DNA of 64,000 bases from Zancudomyces culisetae HAW-14-8 (GCA_052426225.1 JBNJNM010000006.1:2852001-2916000); one strand, 5' to 3'. Positions 1 through 13,332 are shown, numbered from the stretch's first letter. Made by a program: numbers and translations. The notes: generated from the letters alone by a model not told the origin.

Positions 1-779
1 TAGCCAAGTAAATCAAGCTAGTTAGAACTTTAAAAGTTAATCGGCCTTTCAACTAGGATAGCTAGTAATTAAAAGTAGATTATGCTGATAACGAAGAAAT
101 AAACTAATGATTCTGTACAGTAAAAACGTATTCAGCTATATATCATCCAGATCCTCTCTCTTGGCAGCAGCCTCAGCGGACCTGATTTGAATTAAAATAA
201 CATACGTTCAAACATATGCAGTACCACGTGATAAAAAGTTCAATCAAGATAGAATGCAGTACCATATAAAAGTGCAGAACTTTCCATTTTCCAATCATCC
301 ATTATTATACTTTAATCACATATGCAGTTAAAATGAGATGGCAAGAATTATAAATGCTTTAACGGATCCTATTTATTCTTGCTAAATCACTACCGCTAGC
401 AGTGGTAGCTTGATTTTCTACTTGATCTGGTTCCATTTCTTTTGATGTTTATCGGATTGATAGTTATAATTAAATTAAAATCAGGGATGTTAAATTGAAG
501 TGTAGATATTGGAATTAAACTAATTATATTTTTTCCAACGAATTATATTTCGATTTGATGGAGATTCCTAAAATACTTTTTTAGTTAAACCTTAGGTTAT
601 GGGTAGTAGAACAATTCTTCATTTAATATATAGATGTTATATATACTTTCTATGAGTCTTTATTTTTCTGATATTCTGCTGATTGGAATACTCACATTTA
701 AAAAACTATACAGATTGGACAACCCTTTGAAAATATATTATTATAGTGAGTTAAATTTTCATGTTTTACGTTCATAAAG

Positions 780-1250
780 GAAGATGGTATTTTCGGACGT
801 GACCAAGCAGATAACATTAGTTTGTCGGGTTTCTGACGGATAGAAACTCATGATTTATCAAATATTTAAAATCTTTAAATGCGTTACGTGACAATCAGGA
901 TTTAAATTCATGGACGAGACACCTAATCTGTAACTATCAGAAGAGTAGCAACCATCATCCCGGAACTGTTAAATGACTGTCAAACAGAGTTGCTTCATCA
1001 AACCTGATATTTGAGATTTTAGTATTTTTTACATATATTTTTACCTTAAATACTAGCCTTAGCACTATTTATAATATTAGATGATTTATTTTCAATTCAA
1101 AATAATTTTTTAAACAAAGTCTTTACTATTTATATTTGCTTTATTTCCTATTCTTGTTGTAACTAAATAACTACTAAAAGAGATGTAAAACCTCCTATTG
1201 AGTTATCTTAAACTTCTATATATTTATTATAATTTGCAATATCTGCCTAT
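780..1250 (-). repeat. Degenerate copy of the dispersed element found at 9758-10510 (LTR plus gag-start-like)
   Basis: Reverse-complement similarity to 10080-10510 and to 34500-34677/35553-36121 (e.g. gagattttagta, tagcc..agcact, cctc.attgagt). Confidence 0.55.
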
Positions 1251-3707
1251 TTGTAGCTTCCACATGCATTTATATAATATCTTGATACATTTCCTCATCA
1301 ATAGATTGTCACAATTTCATTACTCGTATTTTTACTATTATGATATTGATATATACTATGATCATTAATTTCTTTTTCAGGTGGTTTTACATTGAATATT
1401 TATCTCTTGAATCTTTTATTTTAATAGTTACTGCATTTCGTGATTTAAATTTGTTTATTTTAGATTATTTATATTATTGTTAAAATTAATTATAAATTTG
1501 ATATTTTTATAATTTATTTGAACACATAATTTCAAAATAATTCGATTAATTAGGTCTTAATCACAAACGCACGAAAATTAATAGCACTGAGTTTGTTTAA
1601 AGTGGGAACTATTGGTATTCCAAAATAGTCCAGTCAAAATAATTGACTCAAAGTTGAGACAGGAGTGGGTGTGGTTGATGCCGAGGAGGTTGTAGATGTG
1701 GATCCATCTATTGTCACGACTCTTGGCATTTTCAATTCTAGAACTGTAGTTAGGTTTATTGTGTGACAGCTACTATAAAATTTGAGATTTAGGTATCAAA
1801 AATAGTCAAATTATCGGCTATAAAGTCAGGGATAATTATAGTACGGTCAGAGGCTTGTTTGCGGAATAGCCTTGATGCTTCTCTTTTGTGAATTTTTTCA
1901 ATATTGCGAATTTCTCATTTTTTAGATCGTTTAGCTATTACTGAATAGTTTATGAATGCAAAGGAAAAATGACTGTTAAATATGTTTATCTTCATTATAT
2001 ATTTGTTTTTCTTAATTATTACTAGAGTGAAATACCGAATGGGTTTTTATAAATCTGTTTTATTTTTTCTGAGTTTGTTTCTTTTCATCTCATTAATATC
2101 AGCTTATATAGAGCACCTCAAACTATTAGCTATTAAATAAACGCTTTGAGCTTTTTAAAGAGTTGTTTTTACAAGTTTTATACTTTTTATGTATATATCT
2201 ACACAAAACTGATGAATAGAATACATATATCACCATACCTTGTTTCCTTCATCCAAAAAGTTAGACTTTTTTAATTTGATTAGAATGGATTTAGTTTGAC
2301 ACCAAGTTCCAATTTCGATAATAAGTGCCAGTGCTCGCCAAATTCTTTATCAATTTCTTGCATTTTTCTGTTTACATCAATGTTATCTAGTTCTTAACAT
2401 TTGCCTGTTCTTATTTCAATATTAACACAGAATATTGATCAGTATTATGTTAATATTATTAGAAATACGTATTTACTTGGATTAGTTTTCATCAAATTTC
2501 ATATCAACAGGGAATGGAATGGAAATATGGTTAATTCAACTGATGGATTGCACTATTTGTACTTTGAATAATATTAATGTACATGTGATTAATTCTCAGA
2601 TTAAATTACGTATAATGAAAAATAAAAAGTATCATATTGTTGCTGGTGCTGGTTTTACAAGGATTTGCAATTTAAATGGGACTCAGCATGCAAGTGTCTA
2701 TAAAATTAATTGGTGATAAAGTCCATACCTGGTATTTATATTGAAAAGATGATTCAATGTAGTTTACTCTGTACGAGTAATTATTTCATCTACTAACTAG
2801 ACGTTTGGAAAGGGTGTTGTGAGGATTAGAAAGCATAAAAAGTTGAGAATATTACGAGGTTATTCGCTTTAACTTCTGGATTTGATGTAATTCTTTGGTT
2901 TCACATCGGATTGTATATTATATGTGAGCATCTGAATATTCTCTGTAAAGTTATATTATTTTTAACTTGCCAATACTTTTTGAAACAATAATAATCAGCC
3001 AACTTACTTTTACCAATTTTTTTTTTGCTTATCAGGTTGCCCTATGTAATTTTGTGCGCTGATACATCTCTAACTCTGATGAAAGTTGAGTTTTGGTTTA
3101 CATACTAAAAATAACTAGAGCAATAATATTTTGTTCTGTTAATGCTTTATATAACGTCAAAAAATTTACAATGTGTGATGGGAATGTAATTTACTACTGT
3201 TTTATTTGTTTCTGTGATACTTTCAATCGGAATATGATGGGTACAAAGTTTATAGAGTGATATAAGAGTGATTTTTCAGGTAGATATTTTGTAGGGTTGT
3301 TTTTTTGTAGTGTTTATTTGATAGCTCGATAGTGAATTATATCCTTAGTGCTTTTGTTTTTAAACCTTTGAAAATCTTTATACATCAATTTTTCCGAGCT
3401 AAAATCTGTAAATATTTTGCAAAAAATACTTTAAAAGCGGATTTAAAACAACAATTGCCTACTGTTCATCTATCAGTAGTACTCAGCAGTGTATGATGTT
3501 ATTGAGCTTAGATTAAATTATTTATTAATCCATTTATCAATACCGTATAATAATATTTATCTCAACCAAAAGTACCACCTTCCTATGCTATAAAATTTAG
3601 TATGTAATATCCGCTACTTGTACTATAAAAAAAGTATAAAACATTCACTAAATTCACTAATCACTTGCTTATCATAATTTGATACCAGGTTCTTCGCTTT
3701 AATTATC

Positions 3708-5831
3708 CTAAGTATAGCCTATTTGACATCCAGTTACTCCATAGTCGGGAAAAATCAATCTAAACAGAGATTTGATTGATGCTCTAGTACTCCGCTTTGA
3801 CCATGAATAATATTCTGGTGGTTTACGAATATTTAGTGTATGAACGTTATTCATACCAATATCGTCATATTTCCCTAATAACATGTTGGTGTTGTATGAT
3901 GGTTTGCGTTTGTGCTGACCTTTTTTTCTCATCTCAATCATAGGTTTTTGATAAATGAAATCCAAATAAATATTGACTGATTGCACTAAATTTGTATAAT
4001 TCTCGTGATCGCCAAAATCTACAGGTGTGCTAGGAAGGTGCATATAATGTGTTAGCGATAACACATGTAAAGGTATTTTATTGTTTGACAAAAGACAACA
4101 CCTGCTTCCCGCAGATGAAGGATGAGCCAGAATAAACCAAGGATTCAGATCTTCCTCAGTGATTGCACTGTTTACAATAATACTGGGCACAGGACTAACC
4201 ATCCTGTTGGTGTTGTAAAAATAATTCTTTATTCTATTGATTTTTGTAGAAAATTCTTGAAATATTCCTCTATTCGGAAATTGTGGTTCGAATTTTTGTA
4301 ATAGCATGAGAATAAAATCTCTATTTTCGATAATATCCTTGTACTTTGAATGATCTATAATATAGGCTGCATTAATTAGTGTCAGTGATATCCAAAAAAC
4401 CAAAAAAGGAAGATTCAAGTCCATATACTGTGTTGGAATATTAGCATATCCCCATTTCAAAACCCTTATACCTTCAAGAGAGTAGTCGATACATAGCATC
4501 TTTGCCACCTGGACGCGCCAGGGTTCATCATAAAAATACTCTAGAAACAATATCTCAGTCATACACAAATGGACGGCTGCATTTATCAAAGCAAGGCGCA
4601 AGCTCCACAGCTGGAATATCAGATTTTTGACAGTGGCTTCATCGATTATAAGAAAGTTTGCGTTCTCACATAACTGAAGTTTTTGAAGCGTGTCAAATGT
4701 ATATCTTCCGAGCATTTTTAAAATATCATTCAGTTGCTTTGAAAGATCCGTGTACCTTTTAAAGTCAAGTTGATAGCCCCGTTTAATCATATAGCTTCTT
4801 TGGTTTCGAAAAGCACAAATTTTGTTATGCATACCAAATACTATACATCTCATTTTTGTAATATCCGGGTTTACCCTTCTGCTTTCGCTGGTCCTGATTA
4901 GTTGTCGATTTTCCACTAGTATAAGTGTTGAGGTTTTATATTCAATCCCATTTCTCCATTCATAGTCGTTTTTTGGGAGTTTATTTGCGCTATTAAAAAA
5001 CCCACCATAGATAGTATGCTTGACGAGTCCTGCTTGAACGCTGTTGTTAAGATATACCATCCAGAACATCCTCCGCTTAAACTCCATTTCATTAGGTTCC
5101 TGTGCGGATTGTTTTAACCCTAGATAAGCACTTGAATCAACTTTGTGCAACCCAAGCATGATACATGCGCTGTAACATCTCATTAGATCGGTATGTGTGG
5201 TATGGCTAAACCTGTTTGAGAGTTTTTGCTCAAGTAAAGCTTGGAGACACCACAAGTGATTCATTTTGAATTTATTTTTTCTATTTTCAAGCACTTTGCG
5301 CACATAGTTTACCATTTTTCCCACTTTTTTGGAATCCAGAAATCTTGTAACTCTGGATTCTGGCAACAGTTGTGTTCCAAGAATCAATATTGTGTAAATC
5401 ATGTATCTGGGAAGTCTCAAATTTTTGACATTTTCTATCAGCATGGGTACTCTAACGGGTATCATCAGATTTGGTGTTGCAAACACACAGAGTTTTGTGG
5501 TTTCTACCATGAAGTTCACCAGTTTTATCATGTGTGTTTTGGTGTTCTCATCATAGTACGCCTCATAGCTAAAATTCCCATTATCTACCTTTTTTATCAG
5601 CACATATTCATAAATTTTCTCATACATCTTATCAAAATTAACACCTGTCCTACTGTTTTCCAGCTTCAACCGTTTACTGTTGTTTATAACAGCATGTATC
5701 TCCGTAGCTCTGGTCTCCACACTAGCAACAAGGTCACTGACCTTGTTGATGGTTATCATTCTACTCCTTCGGGTCATTGGTTTTTCTGTAGCCATTAGTC
5801 TTTCTATTAGTATATCAGTAATTTGTTTCAC
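3708..5831 (-). CDS. Probable host gene: fungal-specific transcription factor (Fungal_trans / middle-homology-region type) protein; true 5' end uncertain
   Basis: 707-codon ORF with motifs typical of the domain (ACIMLGLHKVDS...EFKRRMFWMVYL). The ORF track starts at GTG directly after an in-frame TAA; the first ATG is at codon 13. A possible GTACGA...TTTGTAG intron lies at 6150-6052 (minus). No Zn2Cys6 cluster is visible in the ORF. Confidence 0.7.
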   Translation of the reverse strand: MKQITDILIERLMATEKPMTRRSRMITINKVSDLVASVETRATEIHAVINNSKRLKLENSRTGVNFDKMYEKIYEYVLIKKVDNGNFSYEAYYDENTKTHMIKLVNFMVETTKLCVFATPNLMIPVRVPMLIENVKNLRLPRYMIYTILILGTQLLPESRVTRFLDSKKVGKMVNYVRKVLENRKNKFKMNHLWCLQALLEQKLSNRFSHTTHTDLMRCYSACIMLGLHKVDSSAYLGLKQSAQEPNEMEFKRRMFWMVYLNNSVQAGLVKHTIYGGFFNSANKLPKNDYEWRNGIEYKTSTLILVENRQLIRTSESRRVNPDITKMRCIVFGMHNKICAFRNQRSYMIKRGYQLDFKRYTDLSKQLNDILKMLGRYTFDTLQKLQLCENANFLIIDEATVKNLIFQLWSLRLALINAAVHLCMTEILFLEYFYDEPWRVQVAKMLCIDYSLEGIRVLKWGYANIPTQYMDLNLPFLVFWISLTLINAAYIIDHSKYKDIIENRDFILMLLQKFEPQFPNRGIFQEFSTKINRIKNYFYNTNRMVSPVPSIIVNSAITEEDLNPWFILAHPSSAGSRCCLLSNNKIPLHVLSLTHYMHLPSTPVDFGDHENYTNLVQSVNIYLDFIYQKPMIEMRKKGQHKRKPSYNTNMLLGKYDDIGMNNVHTLNIRKPPEYYSWSKRSTRASIKSLFRLIFPDYGVTGCQIGYT

Positions 5832-7979
5832 AATTTATTTTTTAAGATTATTTTAATAGTCTATATTGCGGAGTTTAAGAGATTGATTGTGAAATTGATA
5901 GAAAATTCCAGATATTTTTATTATTCATCCTCTCTGAATTTTTTTTTGATTAAATCTTTTATTAATTGTAATTTATCGAAACATTTCATGTTTGCATAAC
6001 TATATCAAATATAGCTTGGTTCTGGAGTGTGTTTATGGTCTAAATTAAATCTACAAATAAAAAAAACGAATTAATTGAAAAACAAATCCATTAAAAAAAA
6101 CGGTGGTTTTGATAGGCATTTGTTATAATTTGCTTATGTTCATTTCGTACCAACAACAAAGGCAATCACACCCATGATTTCATGACAAAAAAAGTCAAAT
6201 TCGAGTTTGGTATTCATTCGCCAAGTTGATCTGATTTATTCATTTGTTTATCATGTCTTGCGATGGTAATTTTTGGATTGGGAACAAAATCAAGTTTTAT
6301 AAAAAGCCTAATTGATGGATAAATAGTTTACAACTCACAATCTAAAAGCACTTACACTATATTTATTTGTGCCTAACACTGTGCGGGTAGTTTTAGAGCT
6401 AAATGGCATTAATTTCCTTTGCGCTTGGAACTTGACCTAGATAATCCAGTTTCGTTTAATTTATGTTTTTTTAATGTAAAAATAGCTTTTGTGTCGCACA
6501 ATGAAAAAAAATAAAATAGAACAACGTTTGCTTTTGCTTTTGTTTTTAGATCCCATAGATTAATTAAACTTGTTCACCAGTTTCCGATAATCAACCCAAC
6601 AATCGAACTCATCATTTATGATGCCAAATTTACTCGCATGTATTTGAAAAAAATTTAGGTAACTCAGTATTTTATTCACATAACCAAGTATAGAAGAATA
6701 ATCACTTAATTATGTTTTATGTATATGTTTCACCTACTACCTAGTGCGCTCATATTTACCTATACCAACAGATATTCATAAACCTATTTATTTATACTCC
6801 ACACCTCTCCCTTTTATAACCTAGACTTGAAATATGAATTCCCTCTCACCCCATCAAAAACTAGTGCATTATTCGTCGAATATTACAATAAAAATTAGGG
6901 AATTTGATTTTTGTCCTTTTTCTTTTGATATTCTTTCCATATCAAGTTTTTTTAAATAATGGAGTAACCCCAGTGCAAACGGAATCACATTCTTTACATT
7001 GCGTTTAATTTCTAAATCCTATTAAAAATAAAGTGAATTAATAGACATATAAATTGTATAGTTTTCTTTAAAAACATCTATTCAGATACTTTAGTAATAT
7101 ATACGACGCTTTGTTATTTTTCTAATATTTTCATAGATTAACGATTTTATATATTAATCATTAGTTAATACGTTGGTTAATAAATATAACAGTAAAATAA
7201 TGAAAATATAACCAAAACAATTATACATATAAATAAAGATAGAAACTATTCCAGATGGTGCGTACAGAATACCATAATTTAAAGAGTTTAAAATTAAGAT
7301 GGTGCTATGAAAATGCTTGGCTGCTCAAATATATCAGCTAATTATGTTTAGATGTACAATATTTATAAATTGATTTATTGTATAACTACCAACTTTGTTT
7401 TTACATCAAGTTCTTAAATGAAAGAAATATTATAATGACCATGTACTGTTACGACAAAGTCGAGTTTCTATTATACCAATACTAGATTTGTTCAAATAAT
7501 GAGAAATACACTATTGTAGCCTATTCGCAATTTTATACTACTTACCTTAAATTTTATTCTTTAGACTGTATTATAACTAAAAATATAATATCTCTACTAA
7601 ATTTTCCACTACTTAAAGACTAGTTTTGATTTATTCCTTATCAAAAGTATCGTGTCTGTTATATTTTTTGGGTAGTATTTACTTATTCACTTTAGTACTA
7701 AATATAAAAATTTGGTCAAAGTTTCTAAGGTGAAGGATTCAAAAGACTATTAAATACCTATCCTGCTTCTTTTTTAATTTTTAATAATCTCATTATTATC
7801 TCAATTATTTTATAGTAATCTTGCTATTAAAAATGATAAATTAATGTAATATAATTTAAAAGTATGTAAAATAATTATATAGTCATAGTTGACCTGTGAT
7901 AATATTACAGTACCAATCGAACTAAGCGCGGATGATCTCATCGCGTCGGTTTTTGTCTGAAAACGTTATCTTTGGTCTG

Positions 7980-9300
7980 AGTGTTTGAACCAATTCTAGG
8001 ATCATGTACTTACTTTAGTCGTTAATCGCTCTGCGAATGGGATTGAAGTTTAGAATTTTCTATTGTACTTTTGGTTTTTACAATCATTTATTTATTTTGA
8101 TAATCTTTTTAATATTAATAAACTGGTGTTCTCCTTAATAATAAAATAATACGTATGTTGTAAAAAACTCGAGTGACCTATCTAAAAAACCTTATTCTTA
8201 CTATAAATATCTATAATCATAATAATAATAGCAATAAATAATAATAGGTAAATAGTAATTTAAAACAGGGATCGATGCAGGAATATGATAATTATTCCCA
8301 CTACTCTCTTAATAAGGTTTAAGCATAATCTCGTTGATTAAATATCGATTTCCTATCTCGTCTGTTATGAGATAAGTATCTTTGTCCAGTCTCCTAAGTA
8401 TCAAATAGGGTCCCTCCCATAAGTCTTCGAGTTTACCTTTCTCATGTTTTACTAACTTCAATACCTTCTCTCCTACGTAAAAGTGCTGCTTCTTTACAGT
8501 TTTGTTGTACCTATACTCGTTCCGTTTATTTGAGGTTAGCGCTTTACTAATCCCAAATCTCTGATTTGAGGGAAGTCAGTTGTTATCAACTTTATCGTTC
8601 TAAAACATGTTCTACTACGTTATCAATGTTTCTATTGTCATTCATGCGTTTGGCAGTGTTACCTGTATTCCATACAACAATTGTGAGGGACTGAATTGCG
8701 TCGACTTGCTCTGCATGATTCTAAGAATTATCATTGCCGTCTATAAATGCCCATCCCAGTTTTGATTGTAGTGCCAACCCAGTTTGCGCAACAAGTTAAA
8801 AAATTTGAGTTTAACCTTTCAACCTGACTATTACTTTGTAGTCGGTAATGATTTGTAGGGCAGAATCTATTCCTAATCACTTAAAAACTTCGGTCGTCGC
8901 TTCACTTACGAAACTCGACCCAATGTCTGACATAAAATTTAGGGCGACGCCAGATTGTTGTACAATGTTATTTATGAAAAGTTTATTATAGTCTGGCTCT
9001 TAAGATTTTCAACCACAGTGGCAATCGGCCATTTGGTACAGTAATCTATAACCGTTAAGATGTACCTATTTTCTGGTTTTGAATTGGGGTTGATCGGTCC
9101 TATTGCGTCCATCCCCATTATCTGAAATGGTTTTACTGCATTTATAAAAACTAATCTGTGTTTCAGTTTCCTTCCTTCTTTAAATACTTGACAAGTGTAA
9201 CACTTTTATAAAAAACCGTACAAGTCTCTGTATAATTGTTTGCCGCAATACGGTTCACTTTTCGATTCCAAGTGATTTCGATCGTTTGTGAGCCATATCG
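7980..9300 (-). mobile_element. Degenerate gypsy 3' end: integrase remnant (~8320-9300), PPT (~8293-8310) and LTR remnant related to 28935-29230
   Basis: Minus-strand integrase-like words (GMDAIGPI, IDYCTKWPIA, SDIGSSF). LTR words shared with 29110-29220 (aaaaactc.gagt, aaacaggg). Confidence 0.55.
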
Positions 9301-9755
9301 TGAGTTTATTGAACTATATCTGTATAGACCAATGTATTTAATGATTTTGTTTTAATATTAAATAGAAAAATATTTACTTTGATATAAGAGAATACTTTTC
9401 ACTGACGGTTTCAACAACGAAATTCGTCGGGTTTAAATACTTTTTCGGAGTGAATTTTTCGAAATAAAAACAAGGTCGCGAGGCCTTGTTTATCGAAGAA
9501 AAAACATTTTCTTACTTCGAAGAAAAGTGAAGAGGTTTGACCCTTACACTGTTTCATGACTCAATGTTTCACTAAGTTTCAACATCGATGTTGTTTTGAT
9601 TTATGTAAAATAGTTATTACGTGAAAATTGAATTGGTAATAAATTAGTTATTTAATTACCTAATGCAATTTACGTAGCTTTACTAAATAGGACTAAATGA
9701 TTCTAGTTTAAAATAAACTAAATTAAAAAAAGGTTATGTAAGATAAAATTTTGAT
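9300..9755. repeat. Dispersed LTR-like repeat, second copy at ~24776-25230
   Basis: Shared strings ttgttttgatttatgtaaaata, gaaaattgaattggt, gtttcatga, tttgacc.tt, cttacttcga. Confidence 0.6.
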
Positions 9756-9757
9756 AC

Positions 9758-10510
9758 TGTCGTGTGGATCCCGATGCATAAGGGGATTCAACAATTTCAA
9801 ACAATATTTAAATTACTTAATAAACAATCAACAAAATTAAATTGAAGTTGATCAACAATATAACTACTATTATTTAGTAAATCGAAAAATATATAATTAC
9901 AGAAAAATCAAAAATGAAAAATACAATTAATAGGAATAGTAAATCAACATTCGAATATACAAACAATAAGAATAATAAGACGATTTTAAGAATGTAACCA
10001 CAAGCAAGAACACAGATAATTAAGACTTTAACATAGGTTAATTAAATTAGCTTTAAGTAGTTTTATTGAAATATATATATATACAAAGGAAGACTCATGG
10101 AGGATTCCTTAGCTCTTTTAGTAGTTAAAAACGTATTAGTAACATCAAGAAATAAAGACATTGAACAAGAAGAATTTTGTTTAGTACAAGTTTATTTAAC
10201 AGTCATATAATAATATAATAGTGCTTCGGCTAAAAGTTTAAACTAGTAAAGGTTAAAAGTTTAAAATTACTAAAATCTCATGTCAGGTCTCATGCAGCAA
10301 CTACGTGCAGCCATCATCCAACAGTTCAAGGATGAGGGTCGTTACTCTCCGGACAGCGACCGTTCCGGAGCCACCTCTATGGAGTTGGATCGTACCGAGT
10401 CACATGATCCATTTGCTTTTGTTCAGGAGCATGTGCAACAACAGTTCCGTAGCATGAGAAACCCGACCAACGAACGTGACCCGCCCGGTCTCGTCCGACA
10501 ATACGATGAC
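9758..10510 (+). mobile_element. 5' fragment of a retroelement (LTR-like region plus gag-like N-terminus MSGLMQQLRAA...)
   Basis: Starts TGTCG; three related copies in the window; GC-richer coding-like segment 10280-10510. Confidence 0.5.
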
Positions 10511-10517
10511 CTATTCA

Positions 10518-10732
10518 TAACACCTATACTAAAATTAGGCCATATTAAACAACGACTTGCATTTGCTAAAAAATATCAGCATTGGACTTTAGAAGACTGG
10601 AAACGTGTGATATGGTCTGACGAGACTAAAATTAACAGATTTGGGTCAGATGGGCGCATGTGGTGTTGGAAAAAACAATGGCGCCAGTTAAAACCGAACC
10701 ATGTTAAAAAAACTATAAAACATGGTGGAGGT
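10518..10732 (+). pseudogene. Internal fragment of Tc1 transposase, same family as 50989-52603
   Basis: LKLGHIKQRLAFAKKYQHW...WSDETKINRFGSDGRMWCWKK...KHGGG, near-identical to the 52264-51230 transposase. Confidence 0.85.
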
Positions 10733-11090
10733 TGTTATGAATATACGTGTATCATAACAATATGTATATTTAATACAATATTAATTAATTAATATTATTA
10801 ATTATTAGTTTATATTAATTAATTATTATTTAATTATTAGTTTAAAACATTAATATTGATACACATGATCAATATATAATGTATCCTCATTATTATTGTG
10901 TATATTAATGATATTAGTTTATTAGTTTATAAATAATAATTTTATTACTTGTTTAAGTTTTATATTAATATTTCATACAAACCTAATTGTATTAAGGTGA
11001 TACAATCCCTTTTCATGAACAATTAAGTTTGTCAATCTCGTTTAAAAATATTAATTATATTATTATAAAATTTATTAATACTGTGTGTTT
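10733..11090. repeat. LTR-like repeat (family H), second copy at 34148-34500
   Basis: Starts TGTTAT...CATAACA; shared strings attgatacacatgatcaatat, cccttttcatgaa, aattaagtttgtca, tactgtgtgttt. Confidence 0.65.
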
Positions 11091-11879
11091 AAACTATTAT
11101 AATTAATTCTATTGTTTAAAATTCTCTATGTGTTAACTAGTTAGATCAATATTATTGTGTATATTATTGGTATATATAACTAATCTACGCTCAATCATCA
11201 TATTTATATTTCCCAAAATGATAATGAGAAAATTGCGCAGCAATTTAGTAATTTAATTCAACACGTGATGTAATTTCAAATGGCATGATAAATCATTACA
11301 CATATAATAATATTTACAACCACGTTTTAAAAGTTTTAATAGCTATTACACGTGTGGTTCTTAATGACATTTTGTATAAAGTTTATTGTTATAAAAGTGT
11401 TCAACTGACTTATTTAAAATTAGGCTACTATTGTGAATATATAAATCCTAAATACTATGTATCTGAAAAATTTTGTGTAAAGATATACACATACCAAAAA
11501 TTTAATATTTATATTATACCAAATTACCTCACTAAATATACTATCAATACTATAATTAAAATTATATACCGATATATTTTCAATACAATTTAATAATTTA
11601 ATATAAACTTATAGAACTAATGAAGTTATATACGCAGGACTACTTTAGAATTATATTGATCTTTATTAAAGATTTTATTAGATATATTCTAGATAAACTT
11701 TAAATATATCACTATATGACAAAACTTACCAATAAATATTAGTCAAATCGTCTAAATATTTTTATGCTATATGGTTTTGACAAATTTTAAGTTATTGAGT
11801 AGATAATTTTAATATTTACCAAAGTCAAAAAGTTTGTTTAAAATTTTAATAATAATATTTAGTATCCATTCCGGATTGT

Positions 11880-13073
11880 AGTGTTGACAGTAGAATAATT
11901 TGCTTCCTGATACACTTCTGCAACATCATTTTAACTTCCATATAATATAATTGAGTGAATGTGCAGCTTTAATCGGGCTTACTTGTTACTTGGTGATACT
12001 GATGTTGGTCTTCAAAAAATCCTATCAGGTTTTTGTAATCGGTGTAAATCTGAATTCTGTTCTCGAGGCAATGGATAATTTTTTAAGAGCATTGATGATC
12101 GCTACCAACTCTTTTTCATGTACATAACATTAATTCTAGGCTTTTGATACTAATTGTGAGTCAAATCATAGTGGGTCTTTTTCTGTTTTTCTATTGTGAT
12201 AGCACGGTATCTATTGCACTGACGCTTGGATCACTTTCCTAATAATTTTATTTACTTTAATCTAGTGGATACAATGTCAATTTTTGCTGACTTTTTCTAT
12301 TAATGAAGCAAATTTAATAATGACAATTATTCTATTGTTTTAGGCATTCTGGCTTTTGTAACTCTGTGTCAATTCATAATCATTTAGAAATCACTGCGAA
12401 ACCAGCTATGAATCTTCTATAATAGTTGCATAATCCTAAAAATGATAATAATTTTTGAATCGTATCTGGTTTTATCCACTTTCTAATCGTTTCTACTTAT
12501 TCTATATTTGGTTTTAACTTTCCGTCTTCATGAAGTGGCTCAAATAATATAATATTGTTACTGAAATATTCATTTTTCCTTGTTTAGAATTAATTTGTAT
12601 TTTTAATTTCGTTTAATACTTGTCTTATATGTGCCATATGTTACTCCCAAGATTTAGAGAATATTATTTTATATCTAAATAAACAATTAAAACATTATCG
12701 ATAAACTCTTGCAGAATTTGATTCATTATTCTCTGAAAAGTACTTGGTGCGTTACATAAGCCGAATGGCATCACCGTTATTCATAACTGCTATTTCTAGA
12801 TACAAATGCAGTCTTTTCTATTGACTCTTCGTCCATCCTTATTTGGTGATATCCAATGCTTAGATCCAAAGATGAAAAGTATTTTGCCCCTCCTAGCCTA
12901 TTGAAACAATTCTCCATCAATGGTAACGGATATCTATCTTTAATGGTTACTTTAATTAACGCCCTATAATCTACACACATACGGAATTCATTATCTTTTT
13001 TCTTTTCTAGCAGATCTGGACTAGCCCACGCCGAAGTTGAAGGTCTAATCATTCCCTATTTTACTACCCCTTC
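11880..13073 (-). pseudogene. Degenerate gypsy pol (RT/RNase H), family E, left part; interrupted by element B
   Basis: ORF 12777-13052 RMCVDYRAL...DRYPLP...LDLSIGYHQI; further broken RT/RH words to the left. Confidence 0.8.
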
Positions 13074-13314
13074 TGTTATGAATAGAACGTAGTTCTATAA
13101 TTTATTTTTAATTAATTTTATTTCTCTTTAGTTTAATAAAGTTAATATTTTTCTTAAATCAAGTTCATTAAATAAAATATATCTAGTTCTATGTCAGAAT
13201 CGCATTATTTACCCATAAGTTTTAATATTTATTTTTAATCATATTTAATTACCTTTGAATCCTAACTTGGGAACATTAAGTTTCCCAACTTAAATAAATT
13301 AGTTTCCTGACATT

Positions 13315-13325
13315 TTGGGAAACTT
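13315..13325 (+). promoter_or_regulatory. Self-priming primer-binding site of A1
   Basis: TTGGGAAACTT, 2 nt after the LTR, exactly complementary to LTR AAGTTTCCCAA (13278-13288); no TGG tRNA-type PBS. Confidence 0.85.
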
Positions 13326-13332
13326 CTAATTA

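Noticed and set aside
1712-1768. 57 bp TGTCAC...GTGACA mini-LTR
   Set aside because: No TSD and no second copy in the window.
5241-5798. Antisense and alternative-frame ORFs overlapping the host gene, gag and pol
   Set aside because: Shadow ORFs with non-ATG starts or no recognisable motifs.
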